Source: Octopus sinensis
Taxonomy: Eukaryota
Length of the DNA stretch: 64,000 bases
Assembly (NCBI RefSeq): GCF_006345805.1
Contig: NC_043000.1
Location: forward strand, 61,628,001-61,692,000
Direction: 5' to 3'
The notes beneath the pieces are model-generated. The model was not told where the DNA came from and did no database searches. It saw only the letters and a program-made list of their open reading frames with translations. The position numbers and the translations under genes were made by a program. Shown here piece after piece: positions 54,406 through 64,000 of the stretch; the first letter of the stretch is position 1; each line of letters starts with the position of its first letter.

Positions 54406-55170
54406 ATATATATATCGTGATGACAAAAAGAATTTGATCGCATAATATTATGAGAAATACTTATTATTACTAAGTTAATTTGTAGAATTTGTAAGCTTTT
54501 ATTAAAAAATATCATCAGCTGAATATATAAGAAATAATGAGATTACATACCAATAAATCTATATAGAATCATAGTGATACTGATGTAATGAGAATTATAA
54601 ATTTATACTTAAATACTTAAATTGACTAAGAATATTCGGAACTGATATTTGCCAAACAGTCCTGTATGTTATGCCTAAATACGCAACTGGTAAAATCTTT
54701 CTTTAAAATTGTTTACTTGTTTATTTTATTATTCTACATCGCAGTATGTAACCTATAGCGTCCTTGATTACAAGTCTCCCACGAGAAAACCACTGCTCCA
54801 TAGAATTTCTGAGGTTAAGAACGACAAGGTACCGTCCGTAATCCATGCAATACAAATATGTCAAGGGACATACACTGACACTTGATTAATTTTTTTTTAT
54901 TCTATAAAGAATGAGAGTAACCGACAAAATAACGTATATCCATTCATCAAATCAGTTGACAAAATATAGCTTATATTCTTCTGAGAGGTTAAGAAATATA
55001 TAATTAAATAACAGTTGATAGTATGTAGGCTGATATTAAGTAAGCTAAGCAAAATATTGATACAAATCCTAGTTAGTTAATAACAGATTAAAACCATCTC
55101 AAATTCCTCCACAAATTTTAATATACCAATGTTCAGGATGTTATAAAAAAATGAATGCTCCTTAGAATGA

Positions 55171-55545
55171 TTTTATTCTTTTATTCTTTATTCTTTTACT
55201 TGTTTCAGTCATTTGACTGCGGCCATGCTGGAGCACCGCCTTTAGTCGAACAAATCTACCCCGGGACTTATTCTTTGTAAGCCCAGTACTTATTCTGTCG
55301 GTCTCTTTTGCCGAACCGCTATGTGACGGGGACGTAAACACACCAGCATCGGTTGTCAAGCAATGCTAGGGGGAAAACACAGACATACAAACACACACAC
55401 ACGCAGACATATATATATACATATATACAACAGGCTTCTTTCAGTTTCCGTCTACTGAATCCACTCACAAGGCATTGGTCGGCCCGAGCAGAAGACACTT
55501 GCCCAAGATGCCACGCAGTGGGACTGAACCCGGAACCATGTGGTT
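55171..55545 (-). mobile_element. SINE family A, 5'-truncated
   Basis: B box GGTTCAGTCCC; body and tail match 19361-19765; ends in a (GAATAAAA)n tail. Confidence 0.9.
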
Positions 55546-56107
55546 TATTTATATTTTTAGACAAGTCGATTCTTATATACTGAGGAATAATGGAACACCT
55601 CTCTATCTATCTTTCTATCTATCTGTCTGTGTGTATGCATCTATGTGTGTGTGCGTGTGCGCGTGCACGCTCGTGTGTAGTAGATTTCAATTGTTCGGCC
55701 ACGAAAATAAAGTTCTTCGATTCAGTGAATTTACTACTCCCGATTTAACGTGGAAGTGGCTGAATATTCTAGATAGTTGCGTGTAATTTAAATGTTAACC
55801 AGGCAATGTGGCAAAGCAGTGCATTCTCTTTGAGAGGCATGTAGATTTAATTTATCCAATGTCACTCCCATGGTACGGTCACGCTATTTGCCCAGGAAGT
55901 AAGGCTAGCGATTTGAGAAAATCGGGTATGTTCGCACTGGCAGGCATTCAAATACACAGAAATGTTTCGTGAGGGGACATGCTAATAGAGTAGAAACAAT
56001 TTCCTTAATTCACCAACAGTAAATCATTATATTATTTAACTTTCAGTTCTTCCGGTTTAGAGTGTGTCACGTGATTGAACACATGAGCATACAACATGTA
56101 TCATTCA

Positions 56108-56185
<78 letters not shown>

Positions 56186-56309
56186 ATATATATATATATA
56201 TATCTGTCTGTCTGTTTGTCTGTCTGTTTGTCTGTCTGTTTGTCTGTCTGCCTGTCTGTCTAGATCTCTCTCTCTCTCTCGCTCTCTCCTCTCTCTCTCT
56301 CTATATATA

Positions 56310-56358
<49 letters not shown>

Positions 56359-57059
56359 CAATGAATGGAGCTGGTAAATCAATTGTATACTTTATTTTAC
56401 TCATTTCCTGTTTATTATCCAATATGAAAAATCTTGCATGATGTTGCATCCGGCGTGGCTAGTATTTATTAATTTTCGTATATTGTTAATTTTAATAAAA
56501 CATGTTGAAAATGATTTCTCAGATTTTGTTCCTCTTCTTTTTTTAAATGGAATTCTGAGGAATCATTTTGAGCATGTGCTCTTAAACAGATCTTACATAG
56601 AAAATGAACAATAACATATAATTGCCGGAATGGTTACAGCATTATTAAATTTTGCGTATATTCATTAATGACGAGACAATTGTAAGAGAAGTGTTAAAAT
56701 CGTGTGCCAAATATATTCTCTGTTATTTGTCATTATACATACTCTACAGATATTTGCGGATATTCAAATCACCCAGTTGGTACTGTAATAGACATCTCCA
56801 TTTCTCAGTTTTTAAATAGCCGATATTGTTAAAGTGCTTCATATGGTCTCATGATAAATATGCCGATGTATGAAGTATTCGCATCTGCTTTATGGTAATG
56901 TTTAAATCTGACTGTACTAAGATTAACGTCCAGGAAAAAAAACTTCTTTAATATTAGTGTTAATTGTAGTTTTTAGATTTAGCTGTTTGAATATTCTACA
57001 TAAAGCTGTCTAAATGTTTTGCATAATTTCTTTTTAACTTTATGTTGTATCCATTTCTG

Positions 57060-57650
57060 TTATGTACAACTCCAACACCATCCTATGTCACTTACCTTAA
57101 TCTCTTTTTCTAAGGACAACTAGAATATAAAAGCCAACCGGATTCATTATGTCTGAACCATCATGAATCTCCATCACGACATTGGATAGCGCATCCCCAT
57201 TCTTTTCCACCCGATATGGATTATTGTAACAAAGTAATGGTTTCTTTCTATTCATTAATGTGTATATATCGGTACTGGTGACGCTTAAATTCTTACATAT
57301 GCTTTACTAAACTTTTAGGTGATCTGTTTGGTGATGAAAGGATGAATCTTCACGATGTCGAAGTGGATGAGTTTGCATTTGGATTTATCTTCAATTTCCT
57401 TAAGCAATTCGATGATACGTAACTATTGAGCAAGGTTTGAGAACTCACTGTCGTGTCATAGAATGTGGTCTAATACGGATTCTAATACGGATTTACTAAT
57501 AATGTATATTTCGATTTCTGCTATGGTTTTGCATAAAATTGGTTTTGTAGTCTTTAAATAGAGGGTCACAAAAGGTTTTCGTGGGGTGAGTCTCACAAAA
57601 TCCTTTTGTAACCCTGAAGTCAATGCTAGGGAGTTTCTAATTTGGGAGTT
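57060..57650 (-). pseudogene. Penelope-like reverse transcriptase fragment
   Basis: KPFVTL..EIYIISKSVL, KSKCKLIHFDIVKIHPFIT, RKPLLCYNN..VVMEIHDGSDIMNPVGFYIL (PLE FDIVDFYPSI and MGSYDGAE..LVGLYIL motifs). Confidence 0.8.
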
Positions 57651-57687
57651 GTTCCCCATGGGATGTATATTTATTTGTTTACTCCAA

Positions 57688-57794
<107 letters not shown>

Positions 57795-58062
57795 ATCGTA
57801 TCAGGACAATAACCCCCACCCCTGGAGAATTACCTCCCATAGGACAATTCCCCCCAACGACAATTACCCACTAGGACAGTTATCCCCCTTGATTAATTAC
57901 ACACACATATACACAATCTCTCTCTCTCTCTCTCTCTCTCTGATATATTAAGAAGTTTTAAATCATCATGTTTTCCTCAGGGATAATTGTCCTGGGAAGG
58001 GTTATATTCCATGGAGGTAAATTCCTAGACTCATTTATATACACATATATTTGCATGATTAT

Positions 58063-58104
<42 letters not shown>

Positions 58105-58253
58105 TAAATAAATGGAGTTGAACGAAGATGTTATTAAAATTCTTTTACTTTCGACATATCTGGCGACATATTCTTCTCACAATACCAATCTGCTAAATAA
58201 AAGTTCATTTTCTGGGAGTTCTAACATTAATCTTGTTAATACCAAACCCTCAC

Positions 58254-58304
<51 letters not shown>

Positions 58305-58335
58305 TAATAGTATTAATAATAATAATAATAACAGT

Positions 58336-58398
<63 letters not shown>

Positions 58399-58442
58399 GT
58401 AATAATAATATTAATAATATTTATAGTATTAATAGTCTTAAC

Positions 58443-58512
<70 letters not shown>

Positions 58513-59528
58513 TAATAATAACAATAATAATAATGATAACAGTAAAAACATGGTTTTGATCTCTGAGGACAACCCCAACAGAATTAAATTTATGTCTAAT
58601 AATTCTAAGATCAAGAATTCTATATACCAATGTTAAATTTCTTGCGGTACCGATGTCTACTTTTACATAGTCGCATCCTCTTCCCAGTTATCTAAGGGAA
58701 TTTCAAATCATTATTCATCATAGCGGAAAAAGCCATAGCACAGGGCTATGTAAATTGGTTTGGCATCTTAAAGACAACAATAAATATTTTAATTTAGATT
58801 GCTTCATCCTGCCCGTATCTTTTCCTTACGATAAGGGCAACGGATTTTGTAACATTTGCAACTCTGAACTCTTCCATATTCTCTTCTCTTAATAACGTTC
58901 TGTTTATCATTTAGGCAGTCATCGTAATTGTCATAATGTCTTGTTGAGATATGCTCTCTTTCTTTCCTGGTGAGAAGATTGAATTTTACACCGTTTATTC
59001 CTTTGGAATTAAACCAATGTTGTCTTCGAAACATATGTCGAAAGTAAAAGACTTTTAATAACATCTTCGTTCAACTCCATTTATTTACTTATACTACACA
59101 AATTACTACATATATATATACATTATATATATGTATATTTGTTTATAGTTAAATAAGATTTGGGTAAAAACCTTGTAGTGTGCTATGCAAATCTCGCCCA
59201 CAGCTGCCAGATGTCATTCTACATTGACAACGCACTTCTTACCGCTTCCACCTAATTCCATATTATTCCTAAAGTTTATATACATAGTTGAATAATAGCA
59301 CATGAACTGAGAATAGATTACCACGCTGCTTTGAATGTTCATTTTCATGCTGAGTGAATGATGTATAAACAGCCAAAGAAACTAACCTTACACTTTTGAC
59401 AAGCAATTACAGAATACGTTAATCCCATCACCTCAGCTATGTACTACAGAGGTAATTATATGCGTAAACAATTCTGATTATTTAAATGAAATAAAAAATG
59501 TCCTTCAATTCAATTTCTCATATTCAAC

Positions 59529-59613
<85 letters not shown>

Positions 59614-60299
59614 CACGGATCTAATCAATATGTATCCGGACTGATGCCATTGTAACGAAGTTAAAAAGCACACAGTGGAGCTGCCTGGCAGAGACTAACC
59701 TCAAACTCGATACAATCAAGAAAAACTTGTGCAACTGAAACCCGAATGTTTCTTGGTCAGCTGAAAGCAGTATTGGTACAAATTTGGAAGATACGCATCT
59801 CATATCTAAATCTTAAATAATAAGGGACTGAACAGAACCGTGGCTCATTTGCACATCTCCTCATACCTCGCAGATGGTGATTCGAGATTACATCTCACAG
59901 CTGCATGCACATCTGCGAAGTTTTTCTCAGTTCTCCTGGGTGCGGGTCTCCCAGAACGTTCGTCTATAGCAACATTTTTTCGGCCTTCTTGAATATGTTT
60001 CAACCCCTCGTGCAATTATGTGCGGCTCATATACTCCTCTCGTACATTTTCTGCAATTTTGCGAAAGCCTCTGAGCAAGTGTCGCCATGACAACTTTCTC
60101 TGTCATGGTGAATGCGATAATCACGCATTACACTCGTTCCTTCCAAACATTGCTGTAAGCAGCGGAAGAGAGTTAGAACGTTGAAACTTAGTGCACATGA
60201 ACAGCATGTTAAAGGTCATTCCGTACCCAGCAGCTTTACTCTGCATGCTTTTGCTTCGTTGCTATGGCAACAGTCCGGATACTTATTGATCAGACCTCG
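59614..60299 (-). mobile_element. Internally deleted mariner (5' half of the transposase between two TIRs)
   Basis: TIRs CACGGATCTAATCAATATGTATCCGGACTG and rc CGAGGTCTGATCAATAAGTATCCGGACTG with TA TSD; DERSGRP and MRCVSSKFVPILLSADQ motifs. Confidence 0.9.
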
Positions 60300-60497
60300 T
60301 ATATGTATGTGTGTGTGTATATATATATATATATGTGTGTGTGTGTATGTATATATATATATATGCATGTGTGTGTGTCTCTCTCTCTCCCTGCGTGTGC
60401 ATATAAATATATATATATATATGTGTGTGTGTCTGTGTGTTTGTGTGCGTACACACATAAGCACAAAAGCGTTAAGGAATGGAATAGATAAGATGCA

Positions 60498-60795
60498 GGC
60501 TAAATATGTTTGTCATCGAGCGGAACCTAGGATGTGGTAAATATCCAAGCGGGGTGTATAACGCAGGCTTCTCATCAGGCTTGATGGAATGAATGTTTAC
60601 ATTTTCGCAAGGACGTACATGTTAACACATGGAAGCTTCGATCAAAATCTTCGATCGAATCTTCCATGTGTTACCATGTACTTTCGTGCGTCAATGATAA
60701 TCATGATACGCTTGGTCTGACGAGAAACTTGCGTTTTACACCTGGCTTGGATATTTACCACTTTCAAGGTTCTGCTTGGTATGAAACATTTAGCT
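60498..60795. mobile_element. About 300-bp foldback MITE (long TIRs plus a central 29-bp-arm hairpin)
   Basis: gtggtaaatatccaagc..cttctcatcaggc matches rc of gtctgacgagaaac..gcttggatatttaccac; inner arms gtacatgttaacacatggaagcttcgatc/gatcgaatcttccatgtgttaccatgtac. Confidence 0.85.
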
Positions 60796-61037
60796 CGGAA
60801 CTTATCAATTCCCTTCCTTAATTCTTGTATACTTATTCACTTACGCGACAACCATGGTTGCCTACCGTTCAATATAAAAATATTCTTTTTCAGATTATCG
60901 TGCTTCGGTACCAAAAAAATTACAACTTTCCGTCTCAATAAACCACTATTATTCTTGAAAGTTGTTTTTAGTATTTACCACGGATTGCTTGAAGGTATCT
61001 TTCTTCCTACACTTTGACCCTTAAATTATATATATAC

Positions 61038-61122
<85 letters not shown>

Positions 61123-61129
61123 TTCTCTA

Positions 61130-61500
61130 AGCTTCAGCCAAAAGACTGCTGTCATGCTCGAGCACTGCCGTTTACTTTGCTACACTTTCACTAAACCTCC
61201 TCTGATATGTGACATTTGGTAGATTAAGTATTTTGACGTTGTTGCCCCCATTTCCGTTTCTTGCCTTGAGGTAGGTTCAACTGGAACTCTTGAGAGGAGA
61301 TCTAATTTTGTTTTGAAAAAGCATACATCCATGCCATGTAGGTCTCTCAGACTTTGCGAGAGAATATTGAGGAGCTGCGGGCCTTTAAAACCAAAGCTGT
61401 TGCAGTATCTGTTCCTGTAACCTGATGGCAACTTTGGGACCTTTGATATCATGCAGTTGCACCTCGTCCTGCTCTTTGTGTAAGTGACAATGTCAGGGAG
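61130..61500 (-). mobile_element. CR1/L2-type LINE 3' end
   Basis: YCNSFGFKGPQLLNIL..LRDLHGMDVCFFKTKLD..SRVPVEPT; tail ggcagtgctcgagcatgacagcagtcttttggctgaag. Confidence 0.85.
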
Positions 61501-61529
61501 TAGATTTTTAACTCTTTTAGTCTCTCCTA

Positions 61530-61790
61530 GTAGCTGATATGCCGCATTGTATCGATCTTCCTTGTGAAGCTGATCATGTATAGCTGATCATGTATGGAAA
61601 AATACGGAGACCACCTCTCCCTGTAGGATGAAGTTAAAATAATAGACAGAAAACACGACTGGAAAATACGAAAACTAAAAGAAGCAGCACATATTATAGG
61701 ACACAACCTTTTTAACAGACCGAGTGCAGATATGAGCAGCATACGGGAACCGGAAGTAAGGAAGGATAGAAAAATATTAGATGTATAAGC
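61530..61790 (+). pseudogene. Penelope-like element C-terminal coding fragment
   Basis: ADHVWK..DHLSL*DEVKIIDRKHDWKIRKLKEAAHI..NRPSADMSSIREP. Confidence 0.8.
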
Positions 61791-61815
61791 CTAAACTTCA
61801 CCCATAATTGCCCAC

Positions 61816-61880
61816 GGGCATATGGCGTAGTGGTTAAAAGCGCGGGCTACTAACCCCAAGATTCCGAGTTCAGTGACCTG
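61816..61880 (+). other. tRNA-like head (A box intact, B box partly deleted) downstream of the PLE ORF
   Basis: GGGCATATGGCGTAGTGGTTAAAAGCGCGGGCTACTAACCCCAAGATTCCGAGTTC; anticodon-like arm GGG CTACTAA CCC. Confidence 0.65.
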
Positions 61881-61967
61881 AACAATACCTATAATAATAA
61901 TAATCATAATAATAATAACATCGAAAAATACCTTAGGAATGAGAACCGAGGTTCAAAATTTCCCCAA

Positions 61968-62013
61968 GATACCTGAAGAAGGCTGGAGGGTATATCAGCC
62001 GAAACGTTGTGTT
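61968..62013 (+). ncRNA. Minimal type I hammerhead motif in a PLE terminal repeat
   Basis: gauac CUGAAGA A ggcug gaggguauau cagcc GAAA CG UU/ guguu; 5-bp helix II, helix I with two G.U pairs, palindromic AACGUU. Confidence 0.65.
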
Positions 62014-62192
62014 AACAACAAAGAAGATGAGAACAAATATCCGTCAAATGTAAATAATGCAAAGAGTTTCAGTTCTTCACTGACCCAGTTTCGAGACATC
62101 TTTGCCTACCGTTTCCTTCTGAGAAGATTGGCATAAAGAGAGATAAGGAGAGAGGAAGAAAGAGAGGTGTAAGCTGTATTGAGCTATGCGTG

Positions 62193-62303
62193 CACAGATA
62201 GGTATTAGATAGGGAAGAAAGATATGTGTGTGTTTGAGTATATATCTATAAACTTTCTATAGGCATATTCCCGTATACACACATGTTCAATAAATGAATG
62301 TAC

Positions 62304-62335
<32 letters not shown>

Positions 62336-62471
62336 AATTAATGAGTACACAGACAGGTGACGTATTAGTTGGGATAGGAAAGAAAGATCTATGTGATTTT
62401 GAGTAAATAACTATAATCTTTCTATAATCACATTCCTATATTCCCAAATGTTCAATAGATAGATATACAGG

Positions 62472-62510
<39 letters not shown>
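62193..62510. repeat. Old diverged tandem duplication (about 155-bp period), each copy ending in (AG)n
   Basis: cacagataggtattag..atgttcaataaatgaatgtacag vs cacagacaggtgacgtattag..atgttcaatagatagatatacag. Confidence 0.75.
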
Positions 62511-62518
<8 letters not shown>

Positions 62519-64000
62519 AAGGAGCGAGCGCATGTGTGCTTGTGCGTTCGTGCTAGAGAGAGAAATGGTGTGTGTGTGTACTACAAAGAGAGAAAGAGAG
62601 ATAGAGAGAGGAATTAATCAATCAATCACAGATTAAATCGAAGGGTGTAACTGTGCGGAGATTTATGTTTTGGGATCGTGAGTGTCAAGAATAGGCAGCG
62701 TGAAGTGTTTATTAGTTGGACGTTATAAATAAATCCACTACTTGTAAACAAGAGCGTACTTACCTCAAAATTGTTGATTTTCGATAAATCGTAATAAAAA
62801 GCCAGAATTGAATACATAAGGGATTTTTCTTGACTTATTTTTTGAGAGAATCGAATTTTTAACCGTGCAAGTTGGGAAATTTTGATCTTTGGTTTGATTT
62901 TAACTGCGGTTTTACTGCACGTGGTAATATACGAGTTTTTATGTAAACAAGCACAAAAACTTGTCTCACACTTTCCGACGAAAATTTTTATCTATGTAGT
63001 GTTTCTATGTAGATGTATTACTACCTCAAGATAGAATAAATATTGGTTACTACGGAAGATTAACACTTTTCTACGCAAAATATTTGTATTGCTATAAAAG
63101 GCAGTGTGCTTGTGTGTGTGTACGTGAATGTGATTTATGCACGTCCACAAATTAGCACACATGTCGCTCCAATTTTAGGACAGTCGATACAACCCTAGCT
63201 GGATTTTGTGAACTTATTTTCCCCGAGGCACTTGCGGATAGCGGTAAAAATAGATTTTCAACCATAACGTTTACCAATTTTGAAGTTTGCTAACATGAGT
63301 TAAGTTCCCTTCTTGCCACAAGGAAGTGAAAGTGTGTGCGTGTGTTTGTGAAGGAGAAGGAGAAGTTGTGCGTTGATGTATGTATGTGTGTGTGTTTGTG
63401 AGGGAGAGATAGAGAGTCTGACAGCGTCTAACAAAAAATGTAAAGAGAAAGTGACTGTGAGGGAGAGGAGGAAAGTGACAGCGTTCATCAAAAATAAAAA
63501 TGTAAATCTTTTTTTTGTTAAACACGAGATATAGTCTTCAAATTTGGGATGTTTTTGAAAGACACTATATTCTATAATCAAATTATATATACTTTCTCAC
63601 ACAACAATTAAAATATATTTATTTTAAATCACTTATTCAAGTATTTAAAATCGTTTATCTTTCTCCCCGCCCTCTCTCTCTTTCTCACACACACATTACT
63701 TTGGGCGTGAAAGAGATTTGTTTATATTTTATGCCGAGGTAAAAAGTGTTTGCTCAGAATCCATTATATAAACAGATAGAAACAAGAGGTAGGTAACACT
63801 TCGTCTGAATTACAAAATATAAATCTCACATTTTCTAATATATATATATATATTATATATATATATATATATTATATATATATAATATATGTGTGTGGTG
63901 TGTGTGTGTGTGCGTGTGTATCTATTTATCTATCCCTCTATCTATCTATCTATCTATCAATATATATATATATACATACATACATATATATATATATATA

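Noticed and set aside
61816-61880. Functional tRNA gene
   Set aside because: The T arm and B box are partly deleted and there is no acceptor stem; treated as an element-derived head.

Overview
AT-rich, microsatellite-dense animal genomic DNA with no confidently identifiable host exon. The SINE families and repeat density suggest an octopus (inference). Nearly all listed ORFs are translated microsatellites or pieces of decayed transposons. The window holds three near-full-length mariners, two internally deleted mariners, a 2.35-kb long-TIR DNA transposon, several MITEs/foldbacks, LINE fragments (RLE-type, RTE, CR1), Penelope-like (PLE) RT and GIY-YIG fragments, and three tRNA-derived SINE families. 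The most interesting signal is non-coding: four unrelated small elements each carry a type I hammerhead ribozyme (HHR) motif. (1) A 450-bp element present as a tandem dimer (22301-23269); its HHR has Schistosoma-type tertiary loops and a compensated U3-A8 core. (2) A 644-bp element with 40-bp terminal direct repeats and a canonical-core HHR (44027-44670). (3) A degenerate family with a U3/A8-type core (about 1044 and 44814). (4) A PLE 3' end followed by a tRNA-like head and an HHR (61530-62060). Together they look like a set of retrozyme-like, PLE-dependent elements. All structures were folded by eye and none has been tested.
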